A stretch of DNA of 64,000 bases, taken from Mariniphaga sp. Its GTDB lineage: Bacteria > Bacteroidota > Bacteroidia > Bacteroidales > Prolixibacteraceae. The number at the start of each line of letters is the position of its first letter. Positions within the stretch are counted from its first letter, which is position 1. A program made the translations under genes and the position numbers. The DNA lies in NCBI GenBank assembly GCA_037133495.1, contig JBAXOA010000009.1, positions 1,191 through 65,190 of the forward strand, given 5' to 3'. This document shows, piece by piece, positions 8,220-18,700 of the stretch. The notes under the pieces were generated by a model. That model did no database searches and had not been told where the DNA came from. It saw only the letters and a list, made by a program, of their open reading frames with translations.

Positions 8220-8846
8220 ATGAATCAATTCTTGAATATTATCTCCATACTATTGCTGGCAACTTTAACCGGATGCAGTAATCCGTTCGAAAAATCTGAA
8301 GAACCCGGGCCATCGGTAAATATGAAGACCACCCGATTAAAAGCACAAGAAGCATTTGACTTTTGCAAGAACCAGAACTTCAATACAGATTTTTGTATTT
8401 TGGTCGATATGAGCTTACACTCCGGTGTAAAAAGGTTTTTTGTTTGGGATTTTAAAAGAGATACTATTTCGTTCAGTTTTTTAGTCAGCCACGGGTGCTG
8501 CAACAATACCTGGAATGATGATTTGTCAAAAGAAAATCCTGGATTTAGCAATATTGAAGGAAGCCATTGTTCTTCCTCCGGAAAATATAAAATCGGAGAA
8601 AGAGATTACAGCGACTGGGGAGTTCATATAAAATATGTTTTATACGGTCTGGATGATTCTAACAGCAATGCACTTTCACGGGTAATTGTATTTCACTCGT
8701 GGGAAGTTGTTGCTGACAAAGAAATTTATCCGGACGGTACACCCGAAGGCTGGGGCTGTCCTGCCATATCAAATAATAGTTTCAAAATAGTCGATCCTTT
8801 ATTAAAGGGTTCAATACCACCTGTTCTGATGTGGATTTACATTTAG
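8220..8846 (+). CDS. Lipoprotein, probable L,D-transpeptidase catalytic-domain (YkuD_2-like) family
   Basis: Lipoprotein signal LLATLTGCS. The FLVSHG…GSHCSSSGKYKIG…VFHSW pattern resembles the Bacteroidota YkuD_2 family. Assigned from memory of the family. Confidence 0.6.
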   Translation: MNQFLNIISILLLATLTGCSNPFEKSEEPGPSVNMKTTRLKAQEAFDFCKNQNFNTDFCILVDMSLHSGVKRFFVWDFKRDTISFSFLVSHGCCNNTWNDDLSKENPGFSNIEGSHCSSSGKYKIGERDYSDWGVHIKYVLYGLDDSNSNALSRVIVFHSWEVVADKEIYPDGTPEGWGCPAISNNSFKIVDPLLKGSIPPVLMWIYI

Positions 8847-9015
8847 CAAGAACTAACAGAACCAGTTGACTGCGGGATTGTTGTTCTTAATTACGATAAT
8901 TCAAAGAACTTAAGTAAATTTACCATCCAAGGTACCTACCACAGGCAGCAAGCCTTTAAATGTGGTTTTGAATAACGTTTGTTTAGAAATTGAACTTATT
9001 TTTTAATCCGATAAA

Positions 9016-9729
9016 ATGAAAAAAACTCTGTTTATTATCAGCTTGATTTTCAGTATTAATAACTATTTGATTGCTCAGAAATACGAATCTGTAACAGTAA
9101 AGGCAGGTAAAAGCATCAAAGATTACTTCACTCCCGCTGAACGATATCTTTATCCAAATTTCACACAAGGGAAAGGTTATTTCAAAAACGGGAGAGTTAT
9201 TCCATGCAAATTTAATTTTAATCTACTGACCGATGAAATAGAGTTTATTCAATCAAATGACACGCTGCTAATTTCTAAAAAAGAGGAAATCAATTCAATT
9301 GTCGTTGCGAAGGACACATTTTACTATCATGATGCTTATCTGCAAATGATACGAAGCGGTCTGCTTAGCGTCTATTTAAAACGGAGTATTGTAGTTAAGA
9401 ATGTTCTTAAGCAAGGTGCTATGGGCACAATAAACAGAAGTGCAGCCTCCGATTCATATAACTTTGTGATTACGGGTCAACGCTCAGTTGATTTGAAACA
9501 AACTGAAGACCTTGTACTTCAGAGAAAAGATGAGTATTACTATTCAACTTCCGGAGACGATTTCTTTCAATTCAACAGAAAAAATATCATTAAAATCAGG
9601 CAGGGAAAAGAAGATCGCATCAAAAACTACCTGAAGTCAAACAAGGTCGATTTTGAAGCCAAAGAAGATATTCTGCGCCTGGCGGACTTTGTGAGCAGCC
9701 TTTTATCCGAAAATTCAAAAAAAAGATAA
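9016..9729 (+). CDS. Hypothetical secreted protein
   Basis: Clean 237-aa ORF with an N-terminal signal peptide (LFIISLIFSINNYLIAQ). No recognisable family motif. Confidence 0.6.
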   Translation: MKKTLFIISLIFSINNYLIAQKYESVTVKAGKSIKDYFTPAERYLYPNFTQGKGYFKNGRVIPCKFNFNLLTDEIEFIQSNDTLLISKKEEINSIVVAKDTFYYHDAYLQMIRSGLLSVYLKRSIVVKNVLKQGAMGTINRSAASDSYNFVITGQRSVDLKQTEDLVLQRKDEYYYSTSGDDFFQFNRKNIIKIRQGKEDRIKNYLKSNKVDFEAKEDILRLADFVSSLLSENSKKR

Positions 9730-9806
9730 TTCCTTCTTGTCGCAATATAAAGGGTATTAGACAAAAACAAATCAGTTATTTTTTCACTATTTTAATAATT
9801 GACAGG

Positions 9807-10313
9807 ATGAATTCAGAAGAACTAAAAAAATTACAAGCTCCTATAAAAGAAAAATATCGTATCCAACCTGATTCCGCAATAATTACCTTAAGGGCTCAAG
9901 GGAAAATTGGCGAAGGTATTTCCTGCAAAGTTGAAACCGGAGGAGCATTGGTAGAGGCTGGCCTTCATCCGGCGACAGGAGGTGACGGCATGCTGGCATG
10001 TTCGGGCGATTTACTTCTTGAGGCTCTGGTTGCCTGCGCCGGTGTCACTCTTCGGGCAGTCTCAACTGCGATTGGAGTTGAAATTAAAGATGGAGTCGTT
10101 AAGGCAGAAGGCGATATAGATTTTCGTGGCACTTTAGGCATTTCGAAGGAAATACCAGTAGGTTTTACATCAATTCGTCTTTCATTTATACTTAAATGCG
10201 ACGCAACAGAAGAACAAATACAGAGTATCGCAAAACTAACGGAAAGATATTGTGTGGTATACCAAACATTGATGAAAGGAGTACCGATTGATGCCGTTTT
10301 TACAAAATATTAA
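9807..10313 (+). CDS. OsmC family peroxiredoxin-like protein
   Basis: 168 aa. The pattern …GLHPATGGDG…SGDLLLEALVACAG…ERYCVVY, with two conserved Cys regions, is typical of OsmC/Ohr. Confidence 0.82.
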   Translation: MNSEELKKLQAPIKEKYRIQPDSAIITLRAQGKIGEGISCKVETGGALVEAGLHPATGGDGMLACSGDLLLEALVACAGVTLRAVSTAIGVEIKDGVVKAEGDIDFRGTLGISKEIPVGFTSIRLSFILKCDATEEQIQSIAKLTERYCVVYQTLMKGVPIDAVFTKY

Positions 10314-10384
10314 GCACAAAACCGGGCAGCAAAAGTTCATCTCATTTTCATTCAGACAACCGGCAAATTGTTATTTTTGCAACT

Positions 10385-11434
10385 ATGGATGAACAATCGC
10401 ATAAACAACCCCGTCGCATACGATATAAAGGCACGCACCCTAAATCCTTTGGCGAAAAATACAAAGAACTGCAACCCGAACAATATGCTGAGGATATCGC
10501 CAAAGTAATCCTGCAGGGGCGCACACCCGCCGGGATGCATCGTTCAATTTGCATTCGCGAAATAATGGAGTTCCTTCAGATTGTACCAGGTCAGATTGGT
10601 CTGGATGCTACCCTTGGATATGGCGGTCATTCATTGGAAATGCTGAAATATCTGGTTCCGGGAGGCAAACTTTATGCTACCGATGTGGATCCTCTGGAGT
10701 TACCGCGAACCAGGGATCGGCTGGCCTCGTTTGGATATGGACCCGATGTGCTTGTTATAAAGAAAATGAATTTTTCCCAAATCGATCAAATTTCTGCAGA
10801 AGCAGGTCCGCTGAATTTTGTATTGGCAGATTTGGGCGTATCATCAATGCAAATAGATAATCCGGAACGAGGGTTTTCTTTTAAAGTTGAAGGACCTTTA
10901 GACCTAAGGCTCAATCCTAAAACCGGGAAATCTGCCGCAGCCCTTTTAAAATCTTTAACACAGGATGAACTGGAAGAGCTATTGCTTGAAAATGCCGATG
11001 AACCTTATCACAAAAAGATTGCAAATGCCATTTTTTCAGAAATGACGAAAGGGATAAACATAACAACGACTACACAATTAAAGGCAATAATTGCAGAAGC
11101 ACTTGAATTTCTGGCACCAATTGATCGTAAGGAAGAGATCAGAAAATCATGTCAACGATGTTTTCAGGCATTGCGAATTGAAGTGAATGATGAGTTTGGA
11201 GCATTGGAAAAATTTCTTGAAAAACTTCCTGACGCACTTGCTGCGGGAGGCAGGGTGGCAATACTTTCATTTCATTCGGGAGAAGACCGGCGCGTTAAAA
11301 AGTCCTTTCAAAGACTATACCGCGAAGGTATTTACAGTGAAGTAGCGCCCGATCCGGTCAGACCTTCGGCAGAAGAGTGCAATACAAACCCTCGCGCCCG
11401 TTCCGCAAAGCTACGCTGGGCAATAAAAGCGTGA
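10385..11434 (+). CDS. RsmH/MraW-family SAM-dependent (rRNA cytosine-N4) methyltransferase paralog with N-terminal extension
   Basis: DATLGYGGHS, LADLGVSSMQID, ERGFSF, GPLDLRLNP, SFHSGEDRRVK and NPRARSAKLR are all RsmH signatures. It is not in a dcw/mraZ context. Confidence 0.85.
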   Translation: MDEQSHKQPRRIRYKGTHPKSFGEKYKELQPEQYAEDIAKVILQGRTPAGMHRSICIREIMEFLQIVPGQIGLDATLGYGGHSLEMLKYLVPGGKLYATDVDPLELPRTRDRLASFGYGPDVLVIKKMNFSQIDQISAEAGPLNFVLADLGVSSMQIDNPERGFSFKVEGPLDLRLNPKTGKSAAALLKSLTQDELEELLLENADEPYHKKIANAIFSEMTKGINITTTTQLKAIIAEALEFLAPIDRKEEIRKSCQRCFQALRIEVNDEFGALEKFLEKLPDALAAGGRVAILSFHSGEDRRVKKSFQRLYREGIYSEVAPDPVRPSAEECNTNPRARSAKLRWAIKA

Positions 11435-11558
11435 ATTAGCAAAACTTATGAGGATATTAACCGTGTATTATCCATAGCCAAAACTGCAACTCGTAAATAA
11501 CTCATTTACAAATCCGAAACATACTTATCTTTGTGGCTTAAGAAAGAAGAAATAATTA

Positions 11559-13112
11559 ATGGATAATAGGACAGAACAAAAAGTTAAATTAACTGATTTA
11601 GAAATAAATAGCTGCATAGCTGTTTTAGAGTATTTACTTCAAAACGGCGATCAATTGATTCAGTTGTCAGAGGAGCAGATTCTTAAACTGATGAAAGCGG
11701 CGGGACAAATTACCAGACCTGACAAGGCAGAAATATATAAGCGGAACAAAAGTGTTAAAGTTGCAAGGAAACAAGCAGAAATTACACATAATCGCAACGC
11801 GCGTGCTGCAACGAGTATCCGAAGTGCCAGGATATCAAGTGTGTTTGAAGCACCAATTCAAATTGCCTTGCCAAATCCTTCGTTAGGAACTGAAAAAGGC
11901 TTTCTTATTTCCGAACAAAATTGTTATGTCTGCAAAAAGTTATACACAGGAATTCACCATTTCTATGATTCGATGTGTAAAGAGTGTGGCGATTTGAATT
12001 ATACCAAACGGTTTCAGACGTGCGACATGACAGGTCAGGTTGCACTCATCACCGGATCCAGACTTAAAATTGGATATCATGCCACATTGATGATGTTACG
12101 CTCGGGTGCAACTGTTATCGCAACTACCCGTTTCCCTGCCGATTCTGCAATTCGGTTTGCGAAAGAAAAAGATTATTTGGAGTGGAGTCACCGTCTACAT
12201 ATTTACGGGCTGGATTTAAGGCATATTCCTAGTGTAGAGCTATTTGCCTCGTATGTTGAGCAAAAATATGAAAGGCTTGATATTCTCATTAATAATGCAG
12301 CGCAAACCGTACGAAGGCCTTCCGGTTTTTATTCCCATTTAATGGCAAATGAGCTGCTTCCGTTTCATCAGCAAACTAAAGATGTTCAGGTGCTGCTCTC
12401 ACATCATCAGCAATGCCTTAAAGAGATTGAAAGTTTTAATGACCAGCAGTCCGAATCACAAAAAGTTTTGCCGGTAACCTGGAACGGTCAAGCACCGGGT
12501 ATAGGAATCAGGGCTTCAGCCCAATTATCACAAGTGCCCTATAAATTTGATAATTCCATCGAAGCGCGGGAGGTTTTTCCGGAAGGGGAATTAGATGCAG
12601 ATCTTCAGCAGGTAGATTTGAGAAAAACCAACAGCTGGCGATTAAAGCTCGGACAAATAGAAACGCTGGAGATGGTAGAAGTCCAGCTGGTAAATTCGAT
12701 TGCACCATTCGTCCTTTGTAACTGCCTTACCGCTATGATGAGAAAAGATTATACCGGCAAGAAACATGTTGTAAATGTTTCAGCCATGGAAGGAAAGTTT
12801 CATAGTTTTACCAAAGCAGACAGGCATCCGCATACAAACATGGCAAAAGCATCCCTGAATATGCTGACGCATACTTCAGCCAGCGATCTTGCAAAAGACG
12901 GCATTTTTATGAATGCGGTAGACACAGGTTGGGTTACAGATGAGGATCCGGCTGAATTGGCAAAGCACAAACAACAAGTTCATGATTTTCAACCGCCATT
13001 GGATATTGTTGATGGAGCAGCCCGCGTTTGTGATCCATTTATCGATGGAGCAAATACCGGCAAACATTGGAGCGGAAAATTTCTGAAGGACTATTTTCCA
13101 ATAAGCTGGTAA
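11559..13112 (+). CDS. SDR-family oxidoreductase with about 150-aa N-terminal extension containing a CxxC…CxxC zinc-ribbon-like motif
   Basis: [13 protein letters not shown] (TGxxxxG-type), NNAAQ, and a downstream catalytic region. CYVCKK…CKECGD precedes the Rossmann fold. Confidence 0.78.
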   Translation: MDNRTEQKVKLTDLEINSCIAVLEYLLQNGDQLIQLSEEQILKLMKAAGQITRPDKAEIYKRNKSVKVARKQAEITHNRNARAATSIRSARISSVFEAPIQIALPNPSLGTEKGFLISEQNCYVCKKLYTGIHHFYDSMCKECGDLNYTKRFQTCDMTGQVALITGSRLKIGYHATLMMLRSGATVIATTRFPADSAIRFAKEKDYLEWSHRLHIYGLDLRHIPSVELFASYVEQKYERLDILINNAAQTVRRPSGFYSHLMANELLPFHQQTKDVQVLLSHHQQCLKEIESFNDQQSESQKVLPVTWNGQAPGIGIRASAQLSQVPYKFDNSIEAREVFPEGELDADLQQVDLRKTNSWRLKLGQIETLEMVEVQLVNSIAPFVLCNCLTAMMRKDYTGKKHVVNVSAMEGKFHSFTKADRHPHTNMAKASLNMLTHTSASDLAKDGIFMNAVDTGWVTDEDPAELAKHKQQVHDFQPPLDIVDGAARVCDPFIDGANTGKHWSGKFLKDYFPISW

Positions 13113-13182
13113 TGAATGCTTTTCCTTACAGACCTGTGAACAGGCAAAAAGTAATTGCCAATTACAAACATTCAATTTATTT

Positions 13183-13243
13183 AGATCCTATTCAAATAAA
13201 AATGAAAGTCAAAATTGCGGCAATAAATCTTTCCGATTACTTA
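13183..13243 (+). repeat. Conserved intergenic motif, copy B
   Basis: agatcctattcaaataaaaatgaaagtcaaaattgcggcaataaatctttccgattactta. The core starts 133 nt upstream of the pirin start codon. Confidence 0.7.
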
Positions 13244-13322
13244 AGCAATCTGCTTTCAAGGCAATTAATGTGATATATTTACAGTTCATCAGATATTTGC
13301 CATTCAAAACCAAGAACAGCAT

Positions 13323-14339
13323 ATGCAAAACAAACCCATAATCAGTGTAGAACCCCTGGGGTTTATGTGGCCGGTAACAAATCCATTTCTTTTTTGTGCT
13401 CATCACCTTGACTACTATCCAAAAGGAAATGAAGAAATGGGACCAGCAGCGTCACTTAAAGGACGCGAAATCGGACATGATTTTACCCTTAAAGATGGTT
13501 GGCGTATGTATCACGGGAATTCAATTCCAGGATTTCCGGTACACCCCCACCGCGGCTTCGAAACGATTACCATCGTAATTACCGGACTGGTAGATCATTC
13601 CGACTCTCATGGTCAGGCTGGCAGATATGGCAGTGGCGATGTGCAATGGATGACTGCCGGTGCAGGACTTCAGCACAGCGAAATGTTCCCATTGTTGAAC
13701 CAGGAAGCTGAAAATCCGGCAGAATTATTTCAGGTTTGGCTGAACCTTCCAAAAGCGAAAAAATTCGCGGAACCTTATTTTAAAATGCTTTGGGCCGAAA
13801 ATATCCCTGTCCATAAAATAACAGACGAAAAAGGTAATTCTATCGAAATAAATGTAATTGCGGGAGGCATCAACGGAACTACAGCTCTCCTTCCAGCCCC
13901 GGACTCATGGGCTGCTGATCCCGAAAATGAGGTGGCAGTTTGGACGATTAAAATGGATGCCAATACGAAATGGATTTTGCCTGCAACAAACAAATCCATC
14001 AATCGGACAATCTATTTCTACATCGGTTCTTCAATGAAAATTAATGACCTGTCAATCAGTGCTGATCAATCGGTTAAACTGGAATCAGACTGTGAACTGG
14101 CGATAGAAAACGGGGATGCAGAGGGTTATCTGCTTCTTCTGCAGGGAAAGCCGATTGACGAACCGGTAGTACAATATGGACCATTTGTAATGAATACACA
14201 AGAAGAAATTCAACAGGCAATATCCGACTTCCGAACCACTGAATTTGGAGGCTGGCCATGGCCACGGCGCGACCAGGTTCATCCTCGTTCAAGAGGTCGT
14301 TTTGCCAGGTATAAAGATGGTGCCGAGGAGATCCGATAA
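13323..14339 (+). CDS. Pirin family protein (bicupin)
   Basis: HPHRGFETITIV…, GDVQWMTAGAGLQHSE, and a C-terminal cupin with QYGPFVMNT. Confidence 0.92.
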   Translation: MQNKPIISVEPLGFMWPVTNPFLFCAHHLDYYPKGNEEMGPAASLKGREIGHDFTLKDGWRMYHGNSIPGFPVHPHRGFETITIVITGLVDHSDSHGQAGRYGSGDVQWMTAGAGLQHSEMFPLLNQEAENPAELFQVWLNLPKAKKFAEPYFKMLWAENIPVHKITDEKGNSIEINVIAGGINGTTALLPAPDSWAADPENEVAVWTIKMDANTKWILPATNKSINRTIYFYIGSSMKINDLSISADQSVKLESDCELAIENGDAEGYLLLLQGKPIDEPVVQYGPFVMNTQEEIQQAISDFRTTEFGGWPWPRRDQVHPRSRGRFARYKDGAEEIR

Positions 14340-14384
14340 GTCAAAAGTTCTAAATAATAATCGGAAATTTCAAATACTTATTAA

Positions 14385-14419
14385 ATTTACTTGGCAGTAG
14401 CCAAGTAAATCTTATTTTT
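14385..14419 (+). terminator. Rho-independent terminator after the pirin gene
   Basis: Perfect 11-bp stem atttacttggc / gccaagtaaat with loop agta, followed by cttattttt. Confidence 0.72.
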
Positions 14420-14461
14420 GCTCTGCAATACTAGAATTACCAAACAAATCAATCAAATAAT

Positions 14462-15733
14462 ATGGACATGAAATCCCCGAATCGCAGAACTTTCCTTAAA
14501 GCATCGGTGGCTGCAGCAGCCGGAATGATGATTATCCCGCGGCATGTATTAGGAGGCCCGGGCTTTGTTGCTCCAAGTGATCAACTGACAAAAGCTATTA
14601 TCGGGACCGGCGGCATGGGTCGCGGTCATATCCCTTATGAAGGGACTAAGGTAATAGCGATTTGCGATGTTGACCGCAAACATCTGGAATTGGCTCAGTC
14701 ACTGATTCCTAATTCAGTTCAGACTTTCCACGATTACCGTGAGTTGTTGCTCCGCCCCGACATCGACATTGTACATATTGCTACTCCGCCGCATTGGCAC
14801 GGATTAATGGCAATTGAAGCAGCACGCGCCGGAAAAGATATCTGGTGCGAAAAACCAATGACCCGAACTATTGGTGAAGGCATGAAGGTAGTTGAAGAGG
14901 TCAATAAACATGGCCGGATGTTTCGTTTGAATACGTGGTTCAGATTTAAGGATAATTTTTATGGTCTTGGAACAGAAGTTAAACCGCTAAAAAAAGTAAT
15001 TGAAAGTGGTATCCTTGGATGGCCATTGAAAGTTACGGTAAGTGGAATTACAGGATTCGACTGGAAATTTTACTGGCGTGGAGAGACCAATCTCGCATCG
15101 CAACCGGTTCCTGAAGAACTGGATTACGATTTTTGGTTAGGTCCTGCACCTTATCGCCCGTATAATGTAGAACGCGTTCATTCCAAATTCCGTGGTTACT
15201 GGGATTACGATGGTGGTGGTCTTGGAGATATGGGACAACATTACCTCGATCCTGTTCAATACCTTTTGGGAAAAGACCACACGAGTCCAATAAAAGTCGA
15301 GGTAGATGCTCCGCAGCAACACGAAGATGCCGTTGGAACATGGCGCAGAGTAGAATACACCTATGCTGACGGCTGTAAAATCATCCTTGACGGAGAAAAT
15401 AAAGATAAAAATGCGGCTTATATCGAAGGGCCAAACGGTAAGATATTCAAAGGTTTTGAATCCGATATTCCGAATCTTAAACAATTCATCGAAACGCTGC
15501 CTGATCCTGAGCCACGAGTTACTACCTTCTCGGAATCGGTAAGAACACGTCAGAAATTTGCATTGAACGAAATGAACGGCCACCGTTCGTGTACCTTGGT
15601 AAACATGGGGATTCTAGCCGTAAGATTGGGAAGAACGCTTAATTTCGATCCTGACAAACAAGAGTTTATCAACGATGAAGCAGCTAACCGGTTAATCCAT
15701 CAACCCATGCGGGCTCCCTGGACAACTATTTAA
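14462..15733 (+). CDS. Gfo/Idh/MocA family oxidoreductase with twin-arginine (TAT) signal
   Basis: NRRTFLKASVAAAAG TAT motif. IGTGGMG Rossmann start and EKP motif (WCEKPM). Confidence 0.9.
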   Translation: MDMKSPNRRTFLKASVAAAAGMMIIPRHVLGGPGFVAPSDQLTKAIIGTGGMGRGHIPYEGTKVIAICDVDRKHLELAQSLIPNSVQTFHDYRELLLRPDIDIVHIATPPHWHGLMAIEAARAGKDIWCEKPMTRTIGEGMKVVEEVNKHGRMFRLNTWFRFKDNFYGLGTEVKPLKKVIESGILGWPLKVTVSGITGFDWKFYWRGETNLASQPVPEELDYDFWLGPAPYRPYNVERVHSKFRGYWDYDGGGLGDMGQHYLDPVQYLLGKDHTSPIKVEVDAPQQHEDAVGTWRRVEYTYADGCKIILDGENKDKNAAYIEGPNGKIFKGFESDIPNLKQFIETLPDPEPRVTTFSESVRTRQKFALNEMNGHRSCTLVNMGILAVRLGRTLNFDPDKQEFINDEAANRLIHQPMRAPWTTI

Positions 15734-15758
15734 TTTTCAATTTAAAAACATTAGTCTG

Positions 15759-18700
15759 ATGAATAAGATATTTAATTTACTTTTTATTGCACTGGTTCTT
15801 TTGCTGATTGCTCCTACCCTGCCGGCTCAGGAAAACAGGACGCTTACCACAAAAATTGCTGATTTACTAGCACAGATGCCGGCTAATAACCTTCAGCAAA
15901 GGGATAAACTGGCAGAGGAACTCATCTCCATGGGAGATGATGGATTTCAAAAAATAGCTGAAAAGATGGTTCCAAGCGGAAAAGGTGACAACACTGCTGT
16001 CGTATTCGCCATCAATGGATTAACCCGCTATGTGAGTCAGCCTGGCAAAGAAGAAAAACGGGCATTCGCTGAAAATTGCTATATTCATGCCTTGGCTAAC
16101 GCGCCGGGTGCTGAAATCAAAAGCTTTTTCATGCGCCAATTGAAATTAGCAGGTAAAGATAAAGCCGCAACTGCCGTTGCTCCATATTTAAAAGACAGTG
16201 AATTATGCGAACCGGCAACTTTTGTACTTATTTCAGTTAAGAGTGAAGCCGCTCAGAATGAACTGTTAAAAGCTTTGCCAAGCGCAGATAGTAAGGCTTT
16301 GGTTACAATTACACGCGCTCTTGGACAACTTCGGGTCAAGGCAGCCAATGGTGCTATTTTGAAAAATCTGAATTCCAAAGATCAAAATCTCAAAAAGGTA
16401 TCCCTTGCAGCAGTAGCAGCTATTGGGGCAGCAGAATCCTACCAGCCTTTATTTGATGAAGCACAAAAAGCAGGATTCGTTTATGAACCATCAAATGCGA
16501 CCTCGGCTTTCGTGAGTTATTCTCAACAGCTTGGCGAGAATGGTGATCTTGCTCTCTGTGCAAAAGCTTGCGACCAGATTATTGCGATTTGCAAATCACC
16601 GGCTCAATTGCATAACCAATCATCCGCACTTGCCATATACAACCGTTTTTTCGAAAAAGAAGCACAACCCAAACTGGAGAAAGCTTTTGATAACAGCGAT
16701 AAAGCATTCAGATTTTCCGTATTAAATCTAGTCGAAAAAAGTCAGACAGCCTCTGTTAAACAATGGGTTGCCAAAGCTAAAAAGGCACAACCGGAAGAAA
16801 AAGCAGAGATTATTACGATGTTAGGGAAAAAAGGTGACCTCTCGGCTGCCGATTTTATTCAGAAACAATTTGAAAATAAGTCATCTGCAGTGAGTGAAGC
16901 GGCAATTTGTGCTTATGCAAAACTCAAAGAGAAAGCTGCCATCCCGGAACTTACATCACTGTTAAAAAAAGGAATTCAACCTGCAACTACTGCAAAATGT
17001 TTAATGTCTCTTGTCGACGAAAAAGATTTGGATCCCATAGCTTCAATACTTGAAAGCGCACCTGAAAGCATTAAAAATGAAATAATTGCTATTATTGGAG
17101 CTAAGGCAGGCAGACGTTATTTTGATCAGGTTTATAGTTATACAGGCAGCGCGAATCCGGCTGTCAGGAGTGCTGCTTTTTCAGCTATGAAAAATATTGG
17201 TGCACCAAAAGATATCGACAAGTTACTGAAACTGCTGTTCGCAGCAGATGACGATGTTAAAATTAAGAATATTCAAGACGCTCTTGTGAATGCTGCAGCT
17301 ACCATTAAAGGAGAATCAGAACAAGTAGCACCTTTGCTGGCACAATTGGGAAAAGCACCTAAAAAGGGACGAATACTTGAAGTATTACCGCGTTTAGGTG
17401 GTAAGGAAGCATTGAAAGCCGTTACAGGATTTATTAATTCTTCAGACCAGGCAGAAAAAGAAGCTGCCTTTAATGCATTGATCACCTGGAAAGACCACAC
17501 TGCCGCACCTTACCTTTATGAAATCAGTAAAACAGTTACCGGCGACAAAAAATCAAGTGCGATTAAAGGATTTGTTCGTCAGATCAAGGGTTCATCCTTG
17601 CCTGATGATCAAAAATTACTGCAGTACCGGAAAATACTTGGCAATACAACTGACAAAAAGGATAAAGTACTCATTATTGAATCGATAGGACAGGTCAAAA
17701 CATTTTTGGCTCTGGTTACAACTGTCTCTTTTCTTGATGACGCCGACTTAAAGGCTGATGCAGCTCAATCAATTATGGGAATTGTACTCCCTTCCCAGGG
17801 ACAAAAAGGTTTGTCGGGAATTGTAGTTCGTGATGCATTAAACAAAGCTATTGAGAATCTTTCCGGCAGCGAAAGTGACTATGATAAAGCCAGAATCCGG
17901 AAGTACCTGGATGAGATGTCCTACGAAGACGGTCTCATTCCGATGTTCAACGGAAAGGATCTAACAGGATGGCAGGCATTAGTGGGCAATCCTGTCATAC
18001 GGCAAAAAATGGATCCCAAAGAACTCGCAAAAAAACAAACAGAAGCAAACCTTAAATTAGCCAACAACTGGGTAGCAAAAGATGGCTGTATCGTTTTTAA
18101 CGGAGCCGGAGATAATCTTTGCTCTGTAAAACAGTATGGCGATTTTGAGATGGTTGTTGACTGGAGAATTACGAAAAAAGGAGACAGCGGTATTTATCTC
18201 AGAGGATCTCCACAGATTCAGATATGGGATACATCGCGTGTTGAAGTAGGTGCACAAGTAGGTTCAGGTGGCTTATACAACAATCAGAAAAATCAAAAAA
18301 ACCCTCTGAAAGTGGCTGATAATCCTGTAGGGGAATGGAATACTTTCCGTGTGAAAATGATTGGTGAATTCGTCACAGTCTATTTAAACGGTGTCCTGGT
18401 TGTTGATAATGTGAAACTTGAAAATTACTGGGACCGCAGCATTCCTATATTCCCAAAGGAATCGATTGAATTACAAGCACATGGCACCGATCTTGCGTTT
18501 CGTAACATCTATGTTCAGGAATTGAATAACAACGCCTACACTGTTCCTGCGGACGAGGCTAAAGAGGGTTTTAAACCTTTATTCAACGGCCTTAACTTTG
18601 AAGGCTGGACGGGTAACCTGATCGATTATCATGCTGAAAACGGAGAGATTGTTCTCCATCTCGATAACGGACCGTCTCATGGCAATATCTTTACTGCAGA

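Noticed and set aside
8090-13190. Motif copies A and B are exactly 5100 bp apart, which might suggest a segmental duplication or boundaries of an inserted block.
   Set aside because: The sequences flanking the two copies are unrelated beyond the ~60-nt motif. The intervening genes (lipoprotein, OsmC, RsmH-like, SDR) show no mobile-element hallmarks or direct-repeat target sites. I treat the round number as coincidence.
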